A stretch of 64,000 bases of DNA, from IMG/VR virus record IMGVR_UViG_3300047567_000025, positions 96,001-160,000 of that record. One strand, 5' to 3'. Position numbers and translations under genes: made by a program. A model generated the notes under the pieces. That model made no database searches. It was not told the DNA's origin and saw only the letters and a list, made by a program, of their open reading frames with translations. Source of the DNA: a virus (lineage: Duplodnaviria > Caudoviricetes). Position 1 is the first letter of the stretch. Each line of letters opens with the position of its first letter. Below, one piece after another: positions 10,436 to 20,967 of this stretch.

Positions 10436-11254
10436 ATGAATATCACATATGATAATCATGTATTATCTATATTTAATGAAAACGATAAAAAAGTATTTAG
10501 TACCAATTTAAATTATGATAATGAACAAATAGATTGTTCAAATATAGTAATTCATGAGGAATCATCAAAATATCTTATAAAAGATTATGTTGAACAACTG
10601 ATATTAGAATCAAATGTAGATATTGAGGATGAGAAGATAATCAATGTTGTTAATGAAATATATAATGATAAAATGATTTCATCAAAATATTTTAATATTA
10701 ATAATATTAAATCGAAAGTATCTGAGTTTACAGATTTCTTTAATGAAGCAGCTATTGCGAATAAAGAATATACTTCTAAAGAGAGGAATATAGCAACTGA
10801 TATTGTTACTGCGTATATTTCTAATAGATGGGCTAAAGGAGATACGATAGATTTAGGTTTACCAAGAATACAAAGATTAGCTTCTAAATACGGATATAAA
10901 CATAAAGCTTATAATATAAAATTAGCAATACAAAAACTCAATTCATCAGATACTGATAAAATTAAGTATTATGTAACGATGAATACTGATAATAACAATA
11001 TCAAAACAGTCGTTATATATTTTAATTTCTATATTGAAAATGATATATATCAATTATCATTTCATTTAAAAAGACATGTTGTTACAAAAGATATGGATAA
11101 TGTTGAAGCGATAGCTATTAAGAAAGAACAAACTGATTTTGATGAAATAATGAAGTATTATCAGAAAACGGAGATATTAACTCATATTAGTGATCTTAGA
11201 AAGTCTGCTTGTTCAGCAGCTACTAAATTAATAGAATATTACAATATTTCTTAA
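10436..11254 (+). CDS. hypothetical protein, possibly a head protein
   Basis: 272-aa ORF with SD; ILE|S and FFNE|A motifs. Confidence 0.5.
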   Translation: MNITYDNHVLSIFNENDKKVFSTNLNYDNEQIDCSNIVIHEESSKYLIKDYVEQLILESNVDIEDEKIINVVNEIYNDKMISSKYFNINNIKSKVSEFTDFFNEAAIANKEYTSKERNIATDIVTAYISNRWAKGDTIDLGLPRIQRLASKYGYKHKAYNIKLAIQKLNSSDTDKIKYYVTMNTDNNNIKTVVIYFNFYIENDIYQLSFHLKRHVVTKDMDNVEAIAIKKEQTDFDEIMKYYQKTEILTHISDLRKSACSAATKLIEYYNIS

Positions 11255-11260
11255 TTTTCA

Positions 11261-11343
11261 AATATATATTATTAATATGAATAAAATTATATTATAAAGC
11301 CATCACAGAGCTGTATAATCTGTGAAGAAAGAGGTATATTATG
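11261..11343 (+). promoter_or_regulatory. early promoter + conserved hairpin-SD leader (copy 1)
   Basis: AATATATATTATTAATATG followed by AAAGCCA-TCACAGA-GCTGTATAA-TCTGTGA-AGAAAGAGGTATATTATG. Confidence 0.8.
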
Positions 11344-11706
11344 AAATATACAAATGAAGTGTTCAAAGGTAATATAATAGAAAAAACATATGAAGATACT
11401 GTTTTCGATAATTGTTGTTTTGAAGGTGTTCTCTTTATAGGTGTTGAATTTAAAAACTGTCGATTTTTAAATTCAACATTTGAACAATGTACATTTGAAA
11501 ATTGTACTATAACAGCTACACGATGGACAAGTTGTACATTAAGTGAAGTCGATTTTGAGTTTACATTAGTTTATTATTCTAATTTTGATGAAGATTGTAA
11601 AATTAATGAAAACGTATTATTTATGTCAGGATGGGATGATAACATAAATAATGATATTGAAGAAATATTTGGAAATCTTCAATCACAAGTTAACATATGT
11701 AAATGA
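11341..11706 (+). CDS. pentapeptide repeat protein
   Basis: 5-residue periodicity: TVFDN CCFEG VLFIG VEFKN CRFLN STFEQ CTFEN. Confidence 0.85.
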   Translation: MKYTNEVFKGNIIEKTYEDTVFDNCCFEGVLFIGVEFKNCRFLNSTFEQCTFENCTITATRWTSCTLSEVDFEFTLVYYSNFDEDCKINENVLFMSGWDDNINNDIEEIFGNLQSQVNICK

Positions 11707-11715
11707 GATATATTA

Positions 11716-11749
11716 GTATGGGGATTAATCCCCATACGCTTCTTTTTTT
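11716..11749 (+). terminator. intrinsic terminator
   Basis: GTATGGGGA-TTAA-TCCCCATAC followed by a T run. Confidence 0.8.
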
Positions 11750-12011
11750 GTAAATGTAATATCACTCACACTCACAAAACACTATTATTTTATTACTAAT
11801 TATTCATTCAAAAATAAAAGATTAAAAAAAGTAAACTACGTGATAATTTTTTTAATATTTTTTGTGAAATGTTATGAACAAAAAGTAGTGTGTGTTTAAA
11901 ATAAAAGAAATAAAAAATATTAAACCCGGAGAGGGACGGTTTCCCTCAAACAATTATTTTTAATATTGGTGGCTTAATAGCCACCACATGTAACATCTTT
12001 TTTATACTCCA

Positions 12012-12030
12012 TACATATATTATTATTGTG
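12012..12030 (+). promoter_or_regulatory. putative early promoter of the replication operon
   Basis: TACATATATTATTATTGTG matches ANATATATTATT-N4-TG. Confidence 0.55.
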
Positions 12031-12081
12031 GACCGGATAAACACATTATCAAAGAATTATAATATTAAGGAGTGAATATAA

Positions 12082-13923
12082 TTGGAATCTGAATTACAAT
12101 GCGGACATGCACCGCGAGATTTGAATTATCCAGAGGGCTCTATGTTATTCGATGTTCGATACTCTCGTAAGCCAGAAACATTTGAAGTTATATATTGGAA
12201 CCCATTAACAAAGCAACTCGAATTGAAGTATGAAGAACCAATAATTGACATTTGGTTTCTCAAGGAGGAATATCGCACAAACAAGTATCAGATATCACAA
12301 GCAGAAATGGAAAAATGCTATCCTGTATATTGTAAGCCATCACAAGTATCAAAGATGATAGCACTTCATGCAGGCCGTACTCCTGTGTATAATAATGATA
12401 GTATGACATATAAAGAATACTATGACCAATATGTCGATCAAATAAAAACTAATGATATGGCATCTGTTATGTGTACTAATCCATATGTATTTAAGGCAGA
12501 TTTTACTCCCGACGTTTATTTTAGATTACGATGGCTGAAGAAATTTGGTGCTGAAATTGATGCATCTAATGTAACATTTGGTCTTGTTGATATTGAGACT
12601 GATGTTTTAGATAGACCGATAGATATTGCTGACATTCATTCAGCTCCGCAACCAATTAATGCTGTATCAATAATATTGCCGCATGTAAAGATTATGGCGT
12701 TGCTAGTACTTAGCCCGCGACCAAAATCACAGATACATGAAAGATTTCATTCATTGCTTGAAAATCAGATGAATGAATATAATTGGCTTATAAATAATAT
12801 AGATGCATTTAAACAACAAATTGTTGAAGATGATCCTGACAATAATAAGTATCTTAAAGGCTACGACGTGCGTATTCATACATTTGATTTTAGTGATGAA
12901 ATAAATCTAATAAAGACAGTATTTGATTACATTAACAAATACCGTCCGATGTTCACAATGTCATGGAATGCAAAGTTTGATGATAATTATCTAATTGAAA
13001 GAGCTAAATATCTTGGATATGACCCCAAGGAATTTGTCATACCAAAAGAATTTAAAACAAATACATTATTTTACAAAGAAGATCAGTCCCAAAACTTCTC
13101 ACTCAAGACATCTCGTGATTGGATGTATGTATCAACATATACAGTCTTTATATGTCAAATGCGTTTGTTTGCAGCAATACGCAAATCTCAACAAGAACGA
13201 AGATCTTATTCATTGTCATCTGTCGGAAAAGATATAGCTAAAATCGACAAGTTAACAAATACGAAGTCGGGATCATTTCGTACATTTGCGTATACGGATT
13301 TTTTAAAGTTTCTATTATATAATCCACGTGATGTTGTTGTCCAACTCGCGATTGAATTAAATTGTAATGATTGTCAATCTATTGTCACTCGGTCATATAT
13401 GTTTGCAACACAGTATTCAAAGTGTTTCCAAGAAACTCATATTGTTCGTAATCATAGAGAAGATTTTTATGAGTCGGATGGTTATGTACAAGCTTGCAGA
13501 TTGCTAATAGAACCTGGTACAGAGTCTGCTTTTAGAGGAGCTTTCGTTGCACCTACTGAAAAGAATGCACCGACAGGGTATGTACTAAATGGAAAATATA
13601 TGAATAACATCATCTATGGGGCTCTTGATGCTGATGCTTCATCATATTATCCATCAACAAAAATGGCAATGAACATGGATCCTATGTCATTGATATATAA
13701 ATGCATAATTAATAATGAAATATTTGCATCTGGTCAATGCATTAACCATTCATTTAATCAGAGCTATCTATGGTATGATAGTAAGAATAAGCCTCATCCA
13801 GAAGATTTATCCGGTCCGATTATAAATTCTTATAAGAATGGAAATGAACTATCCGTTATGTACAATTGGTTTAACTTGCCTAGTATATCTGAATATTTTC
13901 AGTATATAGATTCATTAATATAA
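12082..13923 (+). CDS. family B DNA polymerase, N-terminal subunit (3'-5' exonuclease + motif A)
   Basis: ExoI DIET, ExoII SWNAKFDDNY, ExoIII YNPRD, motif A DADASSYYPS; motifs B and C absent. Confidence 0.85.
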   Translation: MESELQCGHAPRDLNYPEGSMLFDVRYSRKPETFEVIYWNPLTKQLELKYEEPIIDIWFLKEEYRTNKYQISQAEMEKCYPVYCKPSQVSKMIALHAGRTPVYNNDSMTYKEYYDQYVDQIKTNDMASVMCTNPYVFKADFTPDVYFRLRWLKKFGAEIDASNVTFGLVDIETDVLDRPIDIADIHSAPQPINAVSIILPHVKIMALLVLSPRPKSQIHERFHSLLENQMNEYNWLINNIDAFKQQIVEDDPDNNKYLKGYDVRIHTFDFSDEINLIKTVFDYINKYRPMFTMSWNAKFDDNYLIERAKYLGYDPKEFVIPKEFKTNTLFYKEDQSQNFSLKTSRDWMYVSTYTVFICQMRLFAAIRKSQQERRSYSLSSVGKDIAKIDKLTNTKSGSFRTFAYTDFLKFLLYNPRDVVVQLAIELNCNDCQSIVTRSYMFATQYSKCFQETHIVRNHREDFYESDGYVQACRLLIEPGTESAFRGAFVAPTEKNAPTGYVLNGKYMNNIIYGALDADASSYYPSTKMAMNMDPMSLIYKCIINNEIFASGQCINHSFNQSYLWYDSKNKPHPEDLSGPIINSYKNGNELSVMYNWFNLPSISEYFQYIDSLI

Positions 13924-13946
13924 ATAAAAGGAAAGAAGTTGGAACG

Positions 13947-16211
13947 ATGTTTGATGAAAACAATATCCCCGAAAAAGAAATGGCTGAACTATCCAAAAAA
14001 TACATGTGTTTGTATGGCGTAAATGTTAATCTGCAGAGAGCCATACCATTTATATCTGATGGCTTGAAACCTGTATGGCGAAAGATTCTATTTGTAATTT
14101 ACAAAAATTATGGAAAAGGTAAGATTAAAGTTGCATCAGCAATAGGTGACGTTCTGAAAATACAGCCTCACTCCGATATAGGAATGAAAGATGTGTTTGG
14201 TCGTCTTGCACAGACATTCTCAAATAATGTGCCACTATTAACAGCACATGGTAATGCAGGAACTGCTGTTGTTGGTAGTGACGCAGCCGCTCCTAGATAC
14301 TGGAGCGTTTCACTTGCTAAATTTACATTAGATGTATTATTTGATGAATTTGATGGTAAAGTAAACATGAAGCCAAATTATGATAATACAAGTGAAGAAC
14401 CAATATCATTACCTGCTAAATTTCCATTAATATTATTGAATGGAACGTCTGGTATTGGATATACACTGTCATCTGATATATATCCATATAATCTTTCAGA
14501 AATAGCTGATGCAACAATCAAACTGTTGAAGAATCCGCAAGCTAAAGTAAAACTGATACCAGATTCTCCTACAGGATGTGACATCATAGTCAGAGATGAA
14601 CGTACATTTGTAATGCAGTCATCATTTGATATTGATAATATCAATTATGTAATTACAATCAAGAATACTCCATATATGAGATATCTTGATGATATCGACA
14701 ATAAACTTCGTGAGATACAAGACTCGCCAAATCCAATCAAAGAGATATTAGATGCCAATGATGAATCCGATCTTATCAATAACAAGATTAGATATATCAT
14801 ACATTGCAAACCATGTAATTTATATAATGTCATCAATACTCTTTTCAAACGTGTCCCCGGATTTCGTATTGTGATTAGCACAAGTAATATGCTTGTCGTT
14901 GATAATTTTCGCACAAAAGAATATGATGTTAGACAAATACTTTGCTCATGGATTAGAAACAGACTAATCGAGAAGCGAGCATGGTTCTTGCGTAGGCTTG
15001 TATCTACAACGACAGAATATAATATGCTTGAGGGCAAATCATTCATGCTTTCACCAGAGAATCTTAATAAAACTATTAATATATTCCGTTCATGCGAAGC
15101 ACGTGATGAGATAGTTCCGTCAATTGTCAAAGCATACAATGGTAAAGTGACTTCATCACAGGCAAATTATGTTTCTGAGCTCCGAGTATATAATTTAACA
15201 AATGGCGAATATAAAAAGACAATTAAGGCAATGGAATCTGTCCAGAAAGATATTGATTATATTCGTAATATTATTGAAACTCCAAACAAAGTCTGTGAAG
15301 TCATCATAGATGAGATAAAAACAATCAAGCATTTATATGGCACTCCACGAAAATCAAAGATATTAAACCTTGACAGCAATGAAAATGTGAATATTGGTGT
15401 TGTTCAGATACTACCAGATGGGAATATCTTATTTTCAGAAACAGAAAATCCAGAACACTTGTCATCTGACATAACGCCAATATCAAGTGATGAGGTTTGT
15501 CTTATTGATGATCAAGGATTCTTTCTATGGGTTGATACAGCACATGTTGATCATGATAAACCTATGACAATGACTTCTATTGGAAAATCACAGATGGGAA
15601 AATGCGTATTTGCAGCATCAAATCCGGATAATGATTTAGTAATATTGACGAATAAAGGACGCATTAAATATATGCCGATATCTAAAATACCATCGAATAC
15701 ATCACGGAAGCCACTTGTTGCATTGAATGAAGATGAATATATTGTTTCTGTATTAGAGCTTCGTGATAACACATCTGATATCCTTGTGTATACTTCGGAC
15801 GGTATGGGTAAACGTATACAAATATCTGATTTGAATAAGGTATTATCTGTTGAAGCAGCTGGACAGTTTATTTTAAAGGATTATGAAGTATCAGGAATGT
15901 TCTGTATTAATTCTAAAAAGCCACTACTTGTGTATGTAACAAAATTAGGCAGATTAAGAGTTAACCAGTCTAAATTCTTAACAAGCACAAATAAATTTGC
16001 TGAACCAAAGCCAATTATCAAGTTATCTACACAGGATGATTTAATTGCAGTCTTTTGCTGTAATAAAAATCAGTGCGTAACGCTTAATCATGCGGATGGA
16101 AGAGTTACGACTGTTAACGTTGAATCGCTTGATATATCAACAATGGCTGTTGAACCGACACGACCACGTCACGTTCCTGGTGTGAAGGTTATACGAGCAA
16201 GCTTGTCATAG
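13947..16211 (+). CDS. type IIA topoisomerase subunit A (GyrA/ParC-like)
   Basis: RAIP..DGLKPVWRKIL, PHSD, catalytic AAAPRY, PLILLNGTSGIG; C-terminal pinwheel-like repeats; no GyrA-box seen. Confidence 0.92.
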   Translation: MFDENNIPEKEMAELSKKYMCLYGVNVNLQRAIPFISDGLKPVWRKILFVIYKNYGKGKIKVASAIGDVLKIQPHSDIGMKDVFGRLAQTFSNNVPLLTAHGNAGTAVVGSDAAAPRYWSVSLAKFTLDVLFDEFDGKVNMKPNYDNTSEEPISLPAKFPLILLNGTSGIGYTLSSDIYPYNLSEIADATIKLLKNPQAKVKLIPDSPTGCDIIVRDERTFVMQSSFDIDNINYVITIKNTPYMRYLDDIDNKLREIQDSPNPIKEILDANDESDLINNKIRYIIHCKPCNLYNVINTLFKRVPGFRIVISTSNMLVVDNFRTKEYDVRQILCSWIRNRLIEKRAWFLRRLVSTTTEYNMLEGKSFMLSPENLNKTINIFRSCEARDEIVPSIVKAYNGKVTSSQANYVSELRVYNLTNGEYKKTIKAMESVQKDIDYIRNIIETPNKVCEVIIDEIKTIKHLYGTPRKSKILNLDSNENVNIGVVQILPDGNILFSETENPEHLSSDITPISSDEVCLIDDQGFFLWVDTAHVDHDKPMTMTSIGKSQMGKCVFAASNPDNDLVILTNKGRIKYMPISKIPSNTSRKPLVALNEDEYIVSVLELRDNTSDILVYTSDGMGKRIQISDLNKVLSVEAAGQFILKDYEVSGMFCINSKKPLLVYVTKLGRLRVNQSKFLTSTNKFAEPKPIIKLSTQDDLIAVFCCNKNQCVTLNHADGRVTTVNVESLDISTMAVEPTRPRHVPGVKVIRASLS

Positions 16212-16222
16212 GAGTAAATATT

Positions 16223-16369
16223 ATGGAAAAACTATTAACAGATTTAAAAAATCTGATGTGTGTTTGGAATGACACATATCCAAGTACTAAAGCAATTGTG
16301 ATTATAGCTTTGATATTAACGGTAAAACTGATAATGTGTCTGACGGGTTTCATCAGTCATATGATATGA
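16223..16369 (+). CDS. 48-aa membrane peptide
   Basis: SD AGGAG; hydrophobic AIVIIALILTVKLIMCL. Confidence 0.5.
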   Translation: MEKLLTDLKNLMCVWNDTYPSTKAIVIIALILTVKLIMCLTGFISHMI

Positions 16370-16392
16370 CAATATAATTTATTAGAAAGGAG

Positions 16393-17951
16393 GTGATGCT
16401 AATGAAGTCCGCTGCTTTTACGGTAACAATAAGAGCCACATCGATAACGATAAGTCCTGGTAATGCATCTGTTGAATTATTACATCCATTGCTTTCATTG
16501 TTTGAATATGACGATGAATTTACAGAGGAATCTCATATACTTGGCTATATGCTAGATACTGATACTGATATTTTATATATTCATAAAGGTGTAGAGTTGA
16601 GTTATCTACAACGTCTACTTGGCAATGTCATATTCGTCAAAGATGAATATGACAAATGTGATCCTATGAGATTTGAATATGAAGAGATAATATCACCACG
16701 TAATGAAGATCAGCAAGATGTAATTGATTTTATAGCGGGAACCAAAGGACATATACAAAACATTGATGCACGCCAATTATTCTTAGTAAAACAACCTGGC
16801 TTTGGTTAGGTAAAACATATTGTTCAGGCGTTGGATTATGTAAATACGGTGTTAAGACATTGATAATTGTGCATCGAGAACAACTTCGAACGCAATGGCT
16901 AAATTCGTTGTATAATATGGCAGGTCTTACTTCGCATGATGTACATGAAATAGCATCATCGGAAGAGTTATATGACATAGCATATAACCGTCATAATTAT
17001 GACTATGATGTGTATTTAATGACACATGCAACTTTCAGGTCTGGTATAAAACGTATCGGGAATCTGAATGATGTCCGTAATATATCTCGCAATTTAAAAA
17101 TAGGACTAAAAATTATCGATGAAGCACATCTTGAATTCAGAGATACATTAATAATGGATTTCTTATTTAATGTCAAACGTAATTTATATCTTACAGCAAC
17201 AGATGGAAGATCTGCAAAAGAAGAGAATGCAATTTTTAAGCATGTATTTTGTAATGCGGTATATTATAAGAAATCTATATTATATACAGACAATTTGCCT
17301 AAAAAATGGGTAAACTATGTTATGGTCGATGTGAACACTCATTGCAAGCCGAATATATATCGGTATAAAGTTGCTGGAAGCCGAGGTATGACCCCTGCAA
17401 CATATGGAAAATGGGTTATCCAGTATGATAAAAACAAAACACATTTCAAAGTATGTCGTGACCTTCTACGAATAATTTATGAGCGTGATGAACGTGCAAA
17501 AGTGCTAATATTTATGCCATTGATAGAACTGTGTGAAGAGTGTGCTCATTTTTGCAACATGGAGTTGAATTATGATGATTCGTTTGCATATGAATTAACT
17601 ATAAAAACAATAAACTCACATAATTCTAAATCGGAAAACGACAGAAACAAGAGAGCAGATGTTATAATAACAACAATTGCTTCATGTGGAACAGGAACTG
17701 ATATCCCGGGGATAACAGATATCATATCATGCTCACCATTCAAAAGTTCGATTACTGCAGAACAAGTTATGGGTAGAATTAGATACTGTGGAAAAATATG
17801 TCATTATTATGATATATACGACGTTTCTGTTCTAATAGACAAATTCATGTTTAAAGCAAGATCTAAGAAAATGATACAACTATCATTGAATTCAAAATAC
17901 ATGTCGTGGATAGATGACGATGATGCAAATAATAAGAAAGATGAGAGGTGA
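16393..17951 (+). CDS. superfamily 2 (DEAH) helicase, frame broken inside Walker A (ORFs 16393..16809 and 16812..17951)
   Basis: First ORF ends LFLVKQPGFG*; the other frame resumes KTYC...KTLIIVH; IIDEAH, TAT and QVMGRIRY motifs follow. Confidence 0.85.
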
Positions 17952-17955
17952 TATT

Positions 17956-18111
17956 ATGATTGTCAAAGTTAATTTAACAAATGGAAAATCCAAAGTAGTA
18001 GAATGCGATACGACATTTCAAGATAATGACGTCATTCGAATGATGCGAAATGGTGAATGCATTTGTGCTTTTATTAAGGAAAAAGTCGTTTCGGTTGAAA
18101 AAGTTAAATAA
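17956..18111 (+). CDS. small hypothetical protein (51 aa)
   Basis: SD GAGGTG before ATG 17956. Confidence 0.55.
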   Translation: MIVKVNLTNGKSKVVECDTTFQDNDVIRMMRNGECICAFIKEKVVSVEKVK

Positions 18112-18117
18112 TTAAAT

Positions 18118-18150
18118 ATTATTAATGGGGCAAAGGCCCCATTAATAATT
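18118..18150. terminator. intrinsic terminator hairpin
   Basis: ATTATTAATGGGGC-AAAG-GCCCCATTAATAAT. Confidence 0.75.
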
Positions 18151-18183
18151 ACATAATTTTATAGAAGGGAATACCAAAAAAAA

Positions 18184-18777
18184 ATGAATAATGAGAAATT
18201 TTATAATAAAACAATATTTGGTACAACAATATGCTTTTTATTATCAACTATATTTATTCTGATAAATCATGTATTCGATATCACATCTGCTTACATGTTT
18301 ATCATAGCAGGATATGCTATTGGAACATTAATCGCTGATGTACTCAGAAGTGTTCTATGCAAGAGGTGTGATAATAAAGATTTTAAACGTTATATCAATG
18401 ATATGATTAATATTACGAATAATGATACTCTTTTGAGCATAAAAGACACTGATATGATCAGTGCTAAAGAGTCAAACAACTTAGATCTTCCGATAGATAT
18501 AAGTAATACGGATGATAATGTTGAAAACCCTAATAAAAATGCGAAATATGATGCTGACGCTTCAGTATGTCAAAACATTGATGATAAATCAATTAGTGAA
18601 CAACTAGATTTAGCATATATAAATTCCGATGAGCATTCGATTGATTATATCGAGGAATTCGTGAATGATATTTATCAATCGATGAAAAATAAGACAGAAG
18701 AAATCGTTAATAAAATCGAAAATACTGATTATGGGAACGACGCTTGTTGCTTCTTGAAATTAAAAAAGAATAAATAA
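18184..18777 (+). CDS. membrane protein with 2 N-terminal TM segments and acidic tail
   Basis: Two hydrophobic stretches in the first 55 aa. Confidence 0.6.
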   Translation: MNNEKFYNKTIFGTTICFLLSTIFILINHVFDITSAYMFIIAGYAIGTLIADVLRSVLCKRCDNKDFKRYINDMINITNNDTLLSIKDTDMISAKESNNLDLPIDISNTDDNVENPNKNAKYDADASVCQNIDDKSISEQLDLAYINSDEHSIDYIEEFVNDIYQSMKNKTEEIVNKIENTDYGNDACCFLKLKKNK

Positions 18778-18810
18778 TAATAATATGGGGCTAATGCCCC
18801 ATATTATTTA
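18778..18810. terminator. bidirectional terminator
   Basis: TAATAATATGGGGC-TAAT-GCCCCATATTATT between convergent genes. Confidence 0.8.
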
Positions 18811-18817
18811 TTTATAT

Positions 18818-19276
18818 TTATTTAGACGGATTAGGATTATTGCTTATATTGAATACCTTTGGAGGAGGAGCACACTTTGGAAATTCAATTGATGGATCCA
18901 GTTCTATCAGTTTTGTTTCAAGCCACTGCCGATAATGTTGATTGTCATCAACTATCCAGTTCATAACAACTTGCAATCTATCATTTAAATTGTTAATTCG
19001 TTCATTTAGTTCATCATTTCTGTTTCTAAGTTCAGTTGCTTCTTTGTTAGATTGTTCTGTTATTTCTTGCAATTTTCTATTAATATAGTCGATACCTGTT
19101 ATACCTGTTTGTTTAACAACCGCATCTGCTTCTGATTTAATTTTAGCAGCTTCAGATTCGGTTTTAGCAGCTTCAGATTCATATTTGTGTCGACTAAGTA
19201 TAGCTGTTATAATTGCTGATATGCCGCCACTTCCAAGTGCAGCAACTATGATAGATGATATTAATGTAGTATTCAT
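18818..19276 (-). CDS. membrane-anchored coiled-coil protein
   Basis: N-terminal TM (IIVAALGSGGISAIITAIL), heptad region, ESEAAK duplicated; late-type motif CAAC-N7-TAA at 19326..19339. Confidence 0.6.
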   Translation of the reverse strand: MNTTLISSIIVAALGSGGISAIITAILSRHKYESEAAKTESEAAKIKSEADAVVKQTGITGIDYINRKLQEITEQSNKEATELRNRNDELNERINNLNDRLQVVMNWIVDDNQHYRQWLETKLIELDPSIEFPKCAPPPKVFNISNNPNPSK

Positions 19277-19548
19277 TTAAGATTATCGTCCTTCCTATGT
19301 AATTTTATCCGGTTGCAAATCTCCTTTACTACGGGGTTGAATAAAGTATCATTCAAGTAACTAATAAATATGAAGGCTAATAGATAAACCTTCAGTTGTG
19401 TATGTAACCCAGTTTAAGAGAAAATCCACGTGGCAGAAAGGCAAATCAAGAGTCAAAATAGTTAATCAAATTTGAATTTATGAAACTTATAACGATTAAC
19501 TATGAAAACAAATGACCCAAACAAAAACACAAAAGGAGTATTTCAAAA

Positions 19549-20538
19549 ATGAAGTTATCAAAAGCAAATATGTCTAAAAATAATAATCATAAAGAAAGGA
19601 GGAGCTTAATTAGAAAACACAAACGGATGCCGTATATATACGATATCGGTTGTTTAACCATGTTGAGTACAATTATAATATTCTCAATATTAGCATTGAT
19701 GAATACGCCATCTGCACATATTCAAAAAAATGCACTTCCAGTTGCTGTTGATAATAAAGTGCAATATGTTGTTGGAACCGAAGAGCCAACAACTTCAAAT
19801 ATTAGTACATCAACTGTTACGACAGCAATAACACATATAAGCAAAAACCTATCTACAACAACTGCTATCACATCAGCAAGTTGTCAAACAACTAATACCA
19901 CCGTAGTTGAAGTTACAACAACGAGTACAACATCGGCATCAGTTACTGAAGCCATAGAATCATCAACTACTGAAGAATATCTAGTGTACAAACCAGATAC
20001 ACATTATGTTCATAGAAGCACATGCCAATGGGCAGCTACTGGTGATGTGGAAAGAATCGAAAATACAGATGGTATTGAAGCAAGAAAATGTCCAGACTGT
20101 AATCCTGATGTAGATATAGTAAATGAATACAAAGAACCTTCTGACGAACAAGTCACGGTCAATAATTATTCATTGACATATCTAAAGTCATTTTCTAGGG
20201 GAACATTTTATCCAGGAATAGCATATTCATCTGATCCAACAAATATCATAGGCGGCTCTGGCAGAACACTGCTTGATGAAACAGGGAATACTATGTCGGA
20301 GATAAAAGGATCATTAGCTTCTAATTATATTTATAGAAATTATGGATATAATAGAAATAATGGTCGAACACTCGTTTATATTAAATGCGATGCATATGAA
20401 GAAATGAATGGCTTATATTATCTTGATGACAGCCAAGATTATAATAACGAAGTTATTGATTTCTTTTATTATTATCCTGAGAATTGTCCATTTCAGCAAG
20501 CCGGCGTTATTACTGTTGATGCATGGCTTGTTGATTAA
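19549..20538 (+). CDS. membrane-anchored protein: Thr-rich linker, Ada-like Zn site, C-terminal 3D (MltA-like) domain
   Basis: TM at about aa 35-52; T/S-rich linker; HRSTC...RKCPDC; YYLDDSQ...IDFF resembles 3D-domain aspartates. Confidence 0.55.
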   Translation: MKLSKANMSKNNNHKERRSLIRKHKRMPYIYDIGCLTMLSTIIIFSILALMNTPSAHIQKNALPVAVDNKVQYVVGTEEPTTSNISTSTVTTAITHISKNLSTTTAITSASCQTTNTTVVEVTTTSTTSASVTEAIESSTTEEYLVYKPDTHYVHRSTCQWAATGDVERIENTDGIEARKCPDCNPDVDIVNEYKEPSDEQVTVNNYSLTYLKSFSRGTFYPGIAYSSDPTNIIGGSGRTLLDETGNTMSEIKGSLASNYIYRNYGYNRNNGRTLVYIKCDAYEEMNGLYYLDDSQDYNNEVIDFFYYYPENCPFQQAGVITVDAWLVD

Positions 20539-20555
20539 TAAAAAGGAGTAAAAAT

Positions 20556-20954
20556 ATGGAACGCAAAAGAATTGTAGTAATGCATGCAATGCCAATGTCA
20601 TCCCGCACAAATGACGAAATCTTAGAAACCCGTGAGTCAGAGAATCCGCGTATAATAGAAATAATCCATGAATACTTCGATGCAAGTGTATCACCTGAAA
20701 ATATCATGGTTATTGACAATTATACACCAAAAGACAAATTAAAAAATATGACAAAAATAAAGACACCTGATTTGTATTTCTTTGGTCGTGGTATAAAGAA
20801 AATAATGGCAATTTCTGATGTTGTTGTTATGGGTGATGGATGGAGACTGTCAAGAGGCTGCATTAGTGAAGCTGCAATAGCTTCATTGTATGGTATTCCT
20901 GTGATGGAGTTAAATGGTAAATATGTAAGAATAGAAGAAATTAATTTTAATTGA
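20556..20954 (+). CDS. DUF4406 / nucleoside deoxyribosyltransferase-like protein
   Basis: PMS...SDVVVMGDGWRLSRGCISE..A..YGIPV signature. Confidence 0.7.
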   Translation: MERKRIVVMHAMPMSSRTNDEILETRESENPRIIEIIHEYFDASVSPENIMVIDNYTPKDKLKNMTKIKTPDLYFFGRGIKKIMAISDVVVMGDGWRLSRGCISEAAIASLYGIPVMELNGKYVRIEEINFN

Positions 20955-20967
20955 AAGGATAATAAAA

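Noticed and set aside
11750-12000. ncRNA or tRNA in the AT-rich gap before the polymerase gene
   Set aside because: Only short hairpins (GAGGGA/TCCCTC, GGTGGC/GCCACC) are visible; no cloverleaf or recognisable family, and no tRNA or rRNA was seen anywhere in the window.
16807-16809. Stop-codon reassignment (TAG or TGA read as sense)
   Set aside because: Read-through of this TAG stays in the wrong frame for the helicase, and code 11 gives long intact ORFs elsewhere, with TAG and TGA used as true stops.
16804-16860. Group I intron or intein in the helicase or RNAP genes
   Set aside because: The gaps are only 5 nt and 1 nt, leaving no room for a ribozyme, and no Hint-domain or homing endonuclease sequence is present.
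19326-19420. c-di-AMP (ydaO) or c-di-GMP riboswitch
   Set aside because: Only short fragments (GGGGTTGAAT, GGCAAA) resemble the consensus; the conserved cores are missing.
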